Source: an uncultured Gammaproteobacteria bacterium
Lineage (GTDB): Bacteria; Pseudomonadota; Gammaproteobacteria; Methylococcales; Methylomonadaceae
Length of the DNA: 64,000 bases
Assembly (NCBI GenBank): GCA_963849195.1
Contig: CAWKGQ010000020.1
Location: forward strand, 36,811 to 100,810
Direction of reading: 5' to 3'
Numbering within the stretch: the first letter of the stretch is position 1; the number at the start of each line of letters is the position of its first letter. Of this stretch, positions 20,074 to 31,413 are shown in pieces. The notes beneath the pieces were generated by a model. That model made no database searches. It was not told where the DNA came from and saw only the letters and a program-made list of their open reading frames with translations. The position numbers and the translations under genes were made by a program.

Positions 20074-21684
20074 ATGTCATTAAAAATTGCACTCGCACAA
20101 ATCAATTTCCTGGTCGGCAATATAGCCGCAAACATTAATAATATCATCGAAGCAGCTGTTTATGCCCGTGACCAGTTAAATGCCGATATTATCGTCTTTC
20201 CTGAACTGACCATTACCGGCTATCCTGCCGAAGACCTGTTATTGCGTGCTGATTTCATTACCGCAGCCAATAACGCCGTTTATCAGCTTGTCGACCGCGT
20301 TGCCGATATTGCGCTGGTCGTCGGCTTTCCTGAACGTGACGGCAGTAAGCTTTACAACAGCGCCGTGGTATTACATCAAGGCGTAATGCTGGCACGTTAC
20401 CGCAAACAGGCACTACCCAATTATGGGGTGTTTGATGAGCAACGTTATTTTTCTGCGGGTAATCAGCCGTGTGTGTTTGAGTTTAATGGTACATTCATTG
20501 GACTGACGATTTGCGAAGATGTTTGGAAAAGCGGCATTATTGACGCTACGAAACAAGCCGGGGCAGAACTACTGCTGACACTCAACGCCTCACCGTTTAA
20601 TTCGGGAAAAATCCATCAACGCGAAGCCATTATCTGCCGGCAAGTTAAAGCCGCGAAGATCCCCCTGGTTTATGTTAATCAAGTGGGCGGTCAGGATGAG
20701 CTGATTTTTGATGGTGCTTCATTTGTCGCCAATTCGCAAGGCGACATTGTGTTTCGGGCAGAAGAATTTAAAGAACAAATCAGTGTGATTGAATTTGACG
20801 GCAACAATCCCGTAACGAACACTTGTGCTCCGCTTTACAATGAAATCTCCAGTGAATATCAGGCCTTGGTGCTGGGCATTAAGGATTACGTGCGTAAAAA
20901 CGGTTTTAAAGGCGCCATTTTAGGCTTATCCGGTGGCATTGATTCGGCGCTGGTGTTAGCTTTGGCGGTTGATGCACTGGGACATGATAAAGTTGAAGCG
21001 GTACTCATGCCGTCTCGCTACACACAGACGATGAGCAACGAAGACGCCGTACTGGAAGCAGAGGCATTGGGTGTGAAATACCATACCATACCCATTGAGC
21101 CCGCCGTCAACGCATTTACCGGCATGTTGGCCGAGGTTTTTGTAGGGACAACCAAAGATACAACCGAAGAAAATATTCAGGCGCGTTGCCGCGGGGTGAT
21201 TTTAATGGCGCTATCCAACAAACAAGGCAAACTGTTATTGACTACGGGTAATAAAAGCGAAATGAGTGTCGGTTATGCAACGCTTTATGGCGATATGGCG
21301 GGTGGTTTCGCGCCGATCAAGGATGTACCCAAATTGCTGGTTTATCAATTGTCGCAGTATCGCAATACGCTGTCCAAGGTAATCCCCGAGCGCGTCATTA
21401 CCCGCCCGCCATCCGCCGAATTAGCGCCTGATCAAATCGACGCAGACTCATTACCGCCTTACGACGTTTTAGACCCCATCCTGGAACGTTATGTAGAGCT
21501 GGACCAATCTGCTGAAGAAATTATTGCTGCCGGATTCAGCTGCGAGGATGTCGCCAGAGCCATTAATCTGGTAGACAGAAATGAATATAAACGCAGGCAA
21601 TCACCACCCGGTATCAGAATTACCACCAGAGCGTTCGGGCGTGATCGGCGCTACCCGATTACTTCGGGATACAGAGGGATTTAG
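20074..21684 (+). CDS. nadE: glutamine-dependent NAD+ synthetase
   Basis: Nitrilase domain (FPEL..TGY, LPNYGVFDEQRYF, ICED) plus SGGIDS, ENIQAR, TGNKSE and YATLYGDM; start at MSLKIALAQ. Confidence 0.96.
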   Translation: MSLKIALAQINFLVGNIAANINNIIEAAVYARDQLNADIIVFPELTITGYPAEDLLLRADFITAANNAVYQLVDRVADIALVVGFPERDGSKLYNSAVVLHQGVMLARYRKQALPNYGVFDEQRYFSAGNQPCVFEFNGTFIGLTICEDVWKSGIIDATKQAGAELLLTLNASPFNSGKIHQREAIICRQVKAAKIPLVYVNQVGGQDELIFDGASFVANSQGDIVFRAEEFKEQISVIEFDGNNPVTNTCAPLYNEISSEYQALVLGIKDYVRKNGFKGAILGLSGGIDSALVLALAVDALGHDKVEAVLMPSRYTQTMSNEDAVLEAEALGVKYHTIPIEPAVNAFTGMLAEVFVGTTKDTTEENIQARCRGVILMALSNKQGKLLLTTGNKSEMSVGYATLYGDMAGGFAPIKDVPKLLVYQLSQYRNTLSKVIPERVITRPPSAELAPDQIDADSLPPYDVLDPILERYVELDQSAEEIIAAGFSCEDVARAINLVDRNEYKRRQSPPGIRITTRAFGRDRRYPITSGYRGI

Positions 21685-21791
21685 CTGACTTTTTGGAATC
21701 CTTGGTTAAAAAATTCAGACTGGGAATCTTGGCGCTACTTAATCAACTCGGAATTTGTTGTTGAATTTGAGACTACTGATTAACTGCAATT

Positions 21792-21970
21792 GGCCCAGGT
21801 TGTGTCAAAACGCAAGACATAATCGATCGAATCAAAAAGAATTCCACTGCCTGCCTGTAAGACAGGCAAAATTTTAACAATTAACCCCCACTTGAATCTA
21901 TTTTTTATCATAATAAATAACAATAACCCCACCCTATTGTCGACTTTTACGTTTTGACACAACCTGGGCC
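21792..21970. mobile_element. 179-bp MITE with IS1182-like ends
   Basis: GGCCCAGGTTGTGTCAAAAC...GTTTTGACACAACCTGGGCC; the perfect IR extends to 29 bp (21784-21812 / 21950-21978). The IS1182 likeness is from recall. Confidence 0.8.
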
Positions 21971-22269
21971 AATTGCAGACAGCCAATATTTGTAGATGTG
22001 TTGATGGCCCTTCTGTAAAATCACAAATGACCACTTAAAAGCTGCTGGCCGGTCAAGTTCGACTTACGTAAAACCGTTGGGATTGCACCATTGTAGAAGA
22101 TCGACCGCAGAATCGGGTCACCGGCTTGCTCTGAAGCCGGGTAAAGTCAAGTACGGCGACAAGGAAGATAGTGGTTTTGTTTATTGCAGAAAACACTTGA
22201 CGGGCTGTCAAAGTTTGCAAGCTTACAACTCTGATCAGTCAAAAAAGAGTAGGCTCGCCGCCGTCTGCA

Positions 22270-23565
22270 TCATTGTTTGGCCGCGCTGGTCGGCAGACTG
22301 GACAGTGTTCCGTCAAACACTGGCAGTCCGGCCTGTTTGCGAGTTGCAAGCCAACGGTTGCCATTATCCTGGACACCGTCGATACCAACACCACTCAGCC
22401 CTACAAATGTATTGTTCTGAAGCGTAATTGGACCAAGTTTTTGGCCCCGAATCAATATACCTCGGCTGGAACCGTCGTAAATCACCCAATTATTCTCTAG
22501 CCGTAAGCTGTGGCCTTCTGGTAGCAAGCGCCCTGCTTCAAGCGCAAGGCCGATGACGTCACTGTTGTCGGATTGTGGGCCTTGCTGGATCACGTTGCGA
22601 CGCAACACCACTTCGCCACCTGCGAATGCATCCAAAGCCCGAGAGTTACGTCCATTCAATGCGGCGATGATGCTATCCTCAATAGTTAGTTTGCGTACCC
22701 CAAATTTAAGCGAATGTCCGGCGTTTTGGGTCGAGAGTATCTGGCTGTGACGGATCAGCACTTCGCCTCCCCAGACGTAGAGGCCATGAGCTTGGCCTTC
22801 GCCAAAGCCATTGCCGATAAAAATCGAATCCTCGATTAGCATTTGCCCGTCACTTGAGCCGAGTATCCCGTCCTGACTATCGTGGCAGTAGATATCTCGG
22901 ACTGTCAGGTCGCGAGTACCTGGGTCCAGTCGGAGGCAAGCGCCATTGCCGTCGCCGACCGCGATGCCAGAGATTTCAAAACCCTCGATGACAATATTAC
23001 CTGCGGCCGTGACCAAGGGCGCTTTGCCGGCACAGACCCCACCGGCAAGATGGGCGCGGCGGCCATCCGTGCCACGCTTGCCGACAATACGTAGCGATTT
23101 GCCGATCACTGCGCAGGTACCGTTGATTTCCGGCGCGACGTTGATCTCCCCGCCGGGCATCGCCGCATCCACGGCTTTTTGCAAATCATTGAAATCACAG
23201 CCACTGCTACAAACCGATATTTTTCCTGAACCATTCGGAAGACCGGCAGGCACGGGTTCGGCGGCAGGCAATAGCTGTTGTGCAACCTGTTTACCGGCAG
23301 TCAGCTTCAACAGACCCTCAATGCGCTGGAGGCGATTGTCCTGATGTTCATGGGTTTGGTGAAGTTCCTCGCGTAAAGCGTGGATTTCCGCCGCTAAGTC
23401 GTTAATGTTCCGCTGCTCGCCGGTCTGGTAAAGCCCCAGGTCGCGACCTACTATGCGCTCTATGAGCGGATCGACTTTTTCCGCCACGTCTGCAGATGCA
23501 GCACTGAACATCAAAAGGACCGGAAGCGATTGCAGAAACCCTAAAATGTTTCGCTTTTTGTTCAT
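22270..23565 (-). CDS. secreted right-handed parallel beta-helix protein with N-terminal coiled coil
   Basis: Signal peptide (SAASA), coiled coil, DLQKAVDAA..G, GNGACLR, N/DG motifs, GQAHGLY, GHSLK; visibly GC-richer than its neighbours. Confidence 0.8.
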   Translation of the reverse strand: MNKKRNILGFLQSLPVLLMFSAASADVAEKVDPLIERIVGRDLGLYQTGEQRNINDLAAEIHALREELHQTHEHQDNRLQRIEGLLKLTAGKQVAQQLLPAAEPVPAGLPNGSGKISVCSSGCDFNDLQKAVDAAMPGGEINVAPEINGTCAVIGKSLRIVGKRGTDGRRAHLAGGVCAGKAPLVTAAGNIVIEGFEISGIAVGDGNGACLRLDPGTRDLTVRDIYCHDSQDGILGSSDGQMLIEDSIFIGNGFGEGQAHGLYVWGGEVLIRHSQILSTQNAGHSLKFGVRKLTIEDSIIAALNGRNSRALDAFAGGEVVLRRNVIQQGPQSDNSDVIGLALEAGRLLPEGHSLRLENNWVIYDGSSRGILIRGQKLGPITLQNNTFVGLSGVGIDGVQDNGNRWLATRKQAGLPVFDGTLSSLPTSAAKQ

Positions 23566-23780
23566 TGTAACACCGATGGATGAAAGGGATTTCCATGGCC
23601 TTTCTCGACCATTTAGACTGAATTTTGCACTTCGATTGAAACGCCGTCAAGAATTGAGAAATCTGAAAACCAGATTCACGAGAGTTAAACCGCATAATCC
23701 GATGGCGCCCACGGTCGTAAACCGATATTGGGCCGCCACAGTTGAACGGCAGCATGTAAGAAAATTGATGAGCTGCTTTG

Positions 23781-23959
23781 GGTCGAGGCTGTGTCTAAAC
23801 GTATTAATCAAAAGTGCAGTGGAAAATAATAGTTATAGGTACTTATGTTTTTAGAACAAAGTGGAAAACTTATATCAAATAATAAAGTTTTCTGCTGCTA
23901 AAGTGGAATAAAAGCCGTTAATCAAAGTTTTGTTTTAACATTTTGACACAACCTGGGCC
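23781..23959. mobile_element. 179-bp MITE, second diverged copy
   Basis: Left end GGTCGAGGCTGTGTCTAAAC. Right end plus flank (23941-23969) matches 21952-21980 at 28/29. Confidence 0.75.
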
Positions 23960-24024
23960 GATTGCAGACCTACATGTAACTACCCAAAATTATTTTTGAT
24001 TGATTGCGAAAAATTAAATACCCT

Positions 24025-25470
24025 TTACTTGATTAAAAACAAACTCGCTAACCCCAGAAAAATAAAGAATCCCATTGAATCAGTAACAGCTGTTAGTATA
24101 ACGCTGGTTCCCACTGCGGGGTCTTTTCCAAACTTATGCCGTAGCAGGGGAATGCCGAGACCGACAATTACGGCAACCAGCAAATTAATAAACATAGCTG
24201 TTGCCATAACGGCGGAAAGGGCTATGTCTCGATAAAGCAGCATACTCAACAGCCCCATGATAACCCCGATAAATATACCGTTGATAATGGCAAGGGTCAG
24301 TTCTTTTTTTATCAAGCGACGTATATTGCTTGGAGTGATTTGCCCCAATGCCAGTGACCGGATAATCAGCATACTGGTTTGATTACCGGTATTGCCCCCC
24401 ATTGCAGCAATGATCGGCATTAATGATGCCAGCGCAACCAGTTGTAAAATAATATCTTCGAATACGCCAATAATGCGCGTCGAAGCGAAGGCAGTACCGA
24501 TATTGATTAATAACCAACCCCAGCGATTTCTGGCGCTTTTCCAAACACTGGAAAATAAGTCTTCTTCTTCCCCGACGCCCGCCTGAATAAGCAGGTCTTC
24601 ATCCGTTTTTTCGCGGATAAAATCCAGTATATTATCAACACAAAGCCGTCCCTGGAGCTTACCCTCGTTATCAACAACCGGAGCGGAGATCAAATCATAC
24701 CGTTCAAATGCCCGTGCCGCTTCGGCGGCCTCCTGATCGATCTGAAATCGGACAAAATCAGTCACCATCACATCGGCAACCTGTTGGGAAGGCAGATGCG
24801 TCAGTAATCGCTGCAATGGCAATATCCCCTGGACTTTATTGTGCTGATCGACGACAAACAATTTATCAGTATGACTGGGTAATTTACCCAGTTTGCGGAT
24901 ATAAGCGATGATGGCTTTTAAATTGAGATCTCCCCGAATAGTAATCATGCCAAAATCCATCAATGCACCGACCTGGCTTTCCTGATAAGACAGAATGGCA
25001 TTTAAATGCTTGCGCTCCTTGCTGTTCAACGATCTGAGAATCTTTAGCATGGTTCTCTTGGGAATGTCTGCTGCAAGATCCGCTATTTCATCGGTGTTTA
25101 ATTTGCCGGCAACTGTTGCCAGTTCTTCCGCTTCCATGCCTGAAATAAGTGTATGCCGTACCGCATCGGATACTTCCAGCAAAACTTGTCCGTCATGTAG
25201 GATTTTAATCGCATCCCATACCGTCTTGCGTTGATCCAGGGGCAGCGATTCAAGAATAGAGGCGATATCGGCAGGATGCAAAAGTGCAAACTTTTCCTGA
25301 AGACGGGCTTGATGCTGATTTTGCAACATCGCCTCAACCAGTTCGTGATTGGTTGCAGGGCCTCGTTGAACCAGCGATTTTTCCAATTGCTGCTTTTCCA
25401 GCAGAGCAATGACCTCCTGTAGCTGATGCTCCAGGAACTGTGTCGAATGAATTTTTTCAGAAGATTGCAT
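24025..25470 (-). CDS. mgtE: magnesium transporter MgtE
   Basis: LHPADIASILE, CBS pair, MGGNTGNQT, DPA....LTAVTD.MGF. Confidence 0.95.
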   Translation of the reverse strand: MQSSEKIHSTQFLEHQLQEVIALLEKQQLEKSLVQRGPATNHELVEAMLQNQHQARLQEKFALLHPADIASILESLPLDQRKTVWDAIKILHDGQVLLEVSDAVRHTLISGMEAEELATVAGKLNTDEIADLAADIPKRTMLKILRSLNSKERKHLNAILSYQESQVGALMDFGMITIRGDLNLKAIIAYIRKLGKLPSHTDKLFVVDQHNKVQGILPLQRLLTHLPSQQVADVMVTDFVRFQIDQEAAEAARAFERYDLISAPVVDNEGKLQGRLCVDNILDFIREKTDEDLLIQAGVGEEEDLFSSVWKSARNRWGWLLINIGTAFASTRIIGVFEDIILQLVALASLMPIIAAMGGNTGNQTSMLIIRSLALGQITPSNIRRLIKKELTLAIINGIFIGVIMGLLSMLLYRDIALSAVMATAMFINLLVAVIVGLGIPLLRHKFGKDPAVGTSVILTAVTDSMGFFIFLGLASLFLIK

Positions 25471-25582
25471 AGTAGACTGCTCTTTTATGATTTTATTGTT
25501 ATTTGATCCGCTCCCGGATTAGATCAAACAGGTGCTGGACTTTGCGCCTCAATCTTCTTGAACCCTGTCCCTGCACAAAATC

Positions 25583-27728
<2,146 letters not shown>

Positions 27729-27766
27729 CTACGCGCCGCCACACTTAAAAACCAAACGATAAAAAC

Positions 27767-27800
27767 AAAAAAAGCCCCGCCATGAAGGACGGAGCTTTTT
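27767..27800 (-). terminator. intrinsic terminator after rpmA
   Basis: AAAAAAAGCCCCG...CGGAGCTTTTT hairpin with a U-tract on the minus strand. Confidence 0.7.
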
Positions 27801-27869
27801 AAAGCTGCCGGGTTACGCTACACCTTAACCCGCTTTACATAACTGTTAACTGTAATGCAACTATAAGTT

Positions 27870-28127
27870 TTAAGCAGCAACAATACTGATAAATTTACGG
27901 CTTTTAGGACCTTTAACCTGAAAAACCACTCTACCGTCCGCAGTAGCAAACAAGGTATGATCTTTTCCGCAACCTACGTTATCACCTGCGTGAAATTTAG
28001 TTCCACGTTGACGAACGATTATGTTTCCCGCTGTTACACTTTCCCCGCCGAAACGCTTGACGCCTAATCTTTTGGCATTAGAGTCGCGTCCGTTACGGGT
28101 ACTCCCACCAGCTTTCTTATGAGCCAT
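27870..28127 (-). CDS. rpmA: 50S ribosomal protein L27
   Basis: [16 protein letters not shown]. Confidence 0.98.
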   Translation of the reverse strand: MAHKKAGGSTRNGRDSNAKRLGVKRFGGESVTAGNIIVRQRGTKFHAGDNVGCGKDHTLFATADGRVVFQVKGPKSRKFISIVAA

Positions 28128-28144
28128 CTGTAACTCCTAATATC

Positions 28145-28456
28145 TTAAGCAGAAATGCCAGTAATCTGGATTTCTGTATAGTATTGACGGTGCCCCATTT
28201 GCTTCATATGGTGCTTACGTCTTCTGAATTTAATAATTTTGATTTTTTCATGTCTACCTTGAGACAGGACAGTGGCTGTAACTTTGCCGCCTTCAATAAA
28301 AGGCAAGCCAACTTTAACAGCATCATCTGTCTGAATCATCAGCACTTTATCAAATTCAATGCTATCGCCTGTGCCCAGCTCCAGTTTTTCTATTTTTAAA
28401 TAAGTACCTTCTTCAACGCGGTACTGTTTACCACCTGTTTGAATTACCGCATACAT
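28145..28456 (-). CDS. rplU: 50S ribosomal protein L21
   Basis: [14 protein letters not shown]...GHRQYYT; GGAG RBS. Confidence 0.98.
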   Translation of the reverse strand: MYAVIQTGGKQYRVEEGTYLKIEKLELGTGDSIEFDKVLMIQTDDAVKVGLPFIEGGKVTATVLSQGRHEKIKIIKFRRRKHHMKQMGHRQYYTEIQITGISA

Positions 28457-28721
28457 CTGCGCAAGCTCCATCAAGCATTAATCTGTTAAAAGTGAACAGA
28501 TGATTGTATTTTTAAACCCAAGCCTAGTCAACTAAAATTTATGCCGAACACACAAACCTAATCTATTACGTGGCGGCACAAGAAAGCTATTGACACCAAT
28601 ATACTTTATTCAATAGCATGGGCAGTTAGCTTTCTAATGGGTTATAATAACTCAATAAACTTGTGTTTTATAGTTATGACTATGAAAAATAACCAAAACT
28701 TACACTCTCAGCACTAAATCA

Positions 28722-29732
28722 ATGGTATCGCACTCTCAATCACCCTCGAACGCACTAGCATCCATTGATTTTGATTCAATCAAGAATTTAACCGCCACCG
28801 AAACCAAAGCAGTCGATCAGCTCATTATCAACGAGTTAAGTTCCGATGTTATTCTCATTAATCAGATGGGACATTATATCGTCGGCAACGGCGGCAAAAG
28901 ATTACGCCCCATGTTGCTGTTGCTTGCAGCCAAAGCACTGGGGGGAGTAAACGACAACCACCTTATACTTGCAGCTGTGATTGAATTTATTCACACTGCA
29001 ACATTGTTGCATGATGATGTTGTTGACGAATCAGATCTCAGGCGCGGCAAAGAATCCGCCAATGCTGTATGGGGTAATGCTGCCAGCGTATTAGTGGGCG
29101 ATTACCTGTATTCCAGCGCTTTTGAAATGATGGTACGCACTGGCAATATGCGAGTCATGGAAATCCTTTCAAAAACCACAACCGCCATTGCCGAAGGCGA
29201 GGTGCTGCAACTGTTAAATTGCAATAACCCTGAAACAACAGAAACAAAATATCTCGAAGTTATAGCCAGAAAAACAGCTATTTTATTCAGTGCCGCGACA
29301 AGATTAAGTGCCGTTATAGCTGGCGCTTCTGCTGAGACAGAAGAATGCCTGGCACAATACGGACAACACCTCGGTATAGCATTTCAATTGATTGATGATG
29401 CACTCGACTACAAAGCCAGCCCAGAAGACTTGGGCAAAAACCTCGGTGATGACCTTGCCGAAGGCAAACCGACCTTACCCTTGATTTACGCTATTCAGAA
29501 AGGCAACGAAAGTCAAGCAAAAATAATTATTGACGCCATTAAAAATGGCAATCGTGATGCCTTCAATGAAGTTTATGCAGTCGTGCAAAGCACCCAAGCC
29601 ATTGCTTATACAGAGCAACTCGCAGACGAAGAAGCTGAAAAAGCCATCAATGCACTGAGCATCTTGCCGGCTTCCGAATTCAAAGAAGCCCTGACTTTAT
29701 TGGCAAAATTTTCTGTTCAGAGAAATTACTAA
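28722..29732 (+). CDS. ispB: octaprenyl diphosphate synthase
   Basis: GGKRLRP, LLHDDVVD, FQLIDDALD, GDDLAEGK; divergent from rplU as is typical. Confidence 0.95.
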   Translation: MVSHSQSPSNALASIDFDSIKNLTATETKAVDQLIINELSSDVILINQMGHYIVGNGGKRLRPMLLLLAAKALGGVNDNHLILAAVIEFIHTATLLHDDVVDESDLRRGKESANAVWGNAASVLVGDYLYSSAFEMMVRTGNMRVMEILSKTTTAIAEGEVLQLLNCNNPETTETKYLEVIARKTAILFSAATRLSAVIAGASAETEECLAQYGQHLGIAFQLIDDALDYKASPEDLGKNLGDDLAEGKPTLPLIYAIQKGNESQAKIIIDAIKNGNRDAFNEVYAVVQSTQAIAYTEQLADEEAEKAINALSILPASEFKEALTLLAKFSVQRNY

Positions 29733-29739
29733 GAAAAAA

Positions 29740-31413
29740 TCAGCGATCAGCCCGGAACTTATCAACCAAGCCGGTAACTCGCTTAACTTTTTGCCTGACC
29801 GTACCCGAAAAAATAGTCTCATCGGCAACCAGCTTGACTGTTTTCCTTGCTCTCGTAATAGCCGTATACAGTAATTCTTTTGTTAATACCGGATTGATAG
29901 TTTCGGGAAGAACGATTAACACTTCCTCAAATTCAGAACCCTGACTTTTGTGTATCGTCATCGCATAGACAGTCTCGCAATGCGACAAACGGCCCGGCAA
30001 ATACTTTTTAACACTGCCATCCGCACGTTGAAAAAATACGATGAGTTTTCCGCCCTGGTCTTTATCCGGCATACAAATACCTATATCGCCATTATAAAGA
30101 TGCAGGGCTGAATTATTTTGCGTGACCATGACCGGACGACCCGAATACCATAAGCCGGACAAATTAATAAGCTTTTGCCCAAACAGTTTCTGCTCCACCC
30201 GGTAATTAATGTCACTAACGCTATTTTTTCCTGCGCGGTTTGAACACAACACCTGAAAGCGGCTGAATACGCGGTAAATCTCATCGAATCCGGCTCCGGC
30301 TTTAATCAGACGCAAATAATCTGTTTGTTGCGCGGCCACATAATCGATTAAATCCTGTTCCAGCATTGCTATGTTTTCATTACCCTCGAGCAAAATCTGC
30401 CAGGCGACGTCTTCCTGCTGAAGATTGACTGCTACCGCCAGCTTTTTGATAGTGTCATCAAAGCGATGTGACTTCTTTAACTCCAGCGTATGCTCCGGCA
30501 ATGCCATCGTTAAATCCGCCAACACGGCACCGGATTCAACAGACGCCAGTTGATCTTTATCACCCAGCAAAATCAAACGGGAGCCAGACTTTAAAGCATC
30601 AAGCAGCTTGCTCATCAAGGCCAAATCAACCATTGATGCTTCATCAACCACAACCAGATCATAAACCAATGGCTGTTCCGAATCATGACGAAAATAAGGG
30701 GATGGCGGCTTCGCGCCTAATAACCGGTGCAAAGTTGTCACAGTTTCGGGAATATGCGTTTTTATCGTTTCCGAACACGGTAGCGCGGCCTTGTTGAAAC
30801 CTATGGATTCCTGAAGACGCATGGCCGCTTTTCCGGTCGGCGCAGCCAGGGCAATATGTAGCGGTTGCTCTGCCAATTCCTGCAGCAATGCCAAAATCTT
30901 GACCACGGCCGTAGTTTTACCCGTTCCAGGTCCGCCAGTAATGATACTGAATGGCTGTTTGACAGCCATGACTGCCGCTTCGCGCTGCCAGTCAGTCTCA
31001 CCTGTGCTAATGCCAAAATACTTATCAAACAGTGCTGTGGGGTTGGCATCGATCTTCTGCCAACGGACTCCGCTTAATTGGGCAATCGCCTTTATCTGCA
31101 TTGCCAGACGATGTTCATAAAACCAGTAACGATGCAGATACAATCGACCCTCCTCTAAAACCAAAGGCAATGTAGCAGCTTGTTCCCAAGCTTCAGCCTG
31201 GGAATGCGATACCGCCAGTCCCGATGCAAGCACCAAATCCCTGCCTTCATCATCTAGCCGGACACAACTGTGCCCCTGGTTTTGTTCATAAGATACAGAC
31301 ATCACCAGGTTTTCAAATGCCTGTTTTTGCATCGGATCGAACGTTGTTCGCTCACCAAGAAAACGGGCAAAAGCGACATCCAGACGACTAACCGATTTGC
31401 CTTCGTCTAGCAT
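29740..31413 (-). CDS. recD: exodeoxyribonuclease V alpha subunit
   Basis: GGPGTGKT, APTGKAA, VDEASM, LGDKDQLASVESG, YAMTIHKSQGSEF, YTAITRA. Confidence 0.96.
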   Translation of the reverse strand: MLDEGKSVSRLDVAFARFLGERTTFDPMQKQAFENLVMSVSYEQNQGHSCVRLDDEGRDLVLASGLAVSHSQAEAWEQAATLPLVLEEGRLYLHRYWFYEHRLAMQIKAIAQLSGVRWQKIDANPTALFDKYFGISTGETDWQREAAVMAVKQPFSIITGGPGTGKTTAVVKILALLQELAEQPLHIALAAPTGKAAMRLQESIGFNKAALPCSETIKTHIPETVTTLHRLLGAKPPSPYFRHDSEQPLVYDLVVVDEASMVDLALMSKLLDALKSGSRLILLGDKDQLASVESGAVLADLTMALPEHTLELKKSHRFDDTIKKLAVAVNLQQEDVAWQILLEGNENIAMLEQDLIDYVAAQQTDYLRLIKAGAGFDEIYRVFSRFQVLCSNRAGKNSVSDINYRVEQKLFGQKLINLSGLWYSGRPVMVTQNNSALHLYNGDIGICMPDKDQGGKLIVFFQRADGSVKKYLPGRLSHCETVYAMTIHKSQGSEFEEVLIVLPETINPVLTKELLYTAITRARKTVKLVADETIFSGTVRQKVKRVTGLVDKFRADR

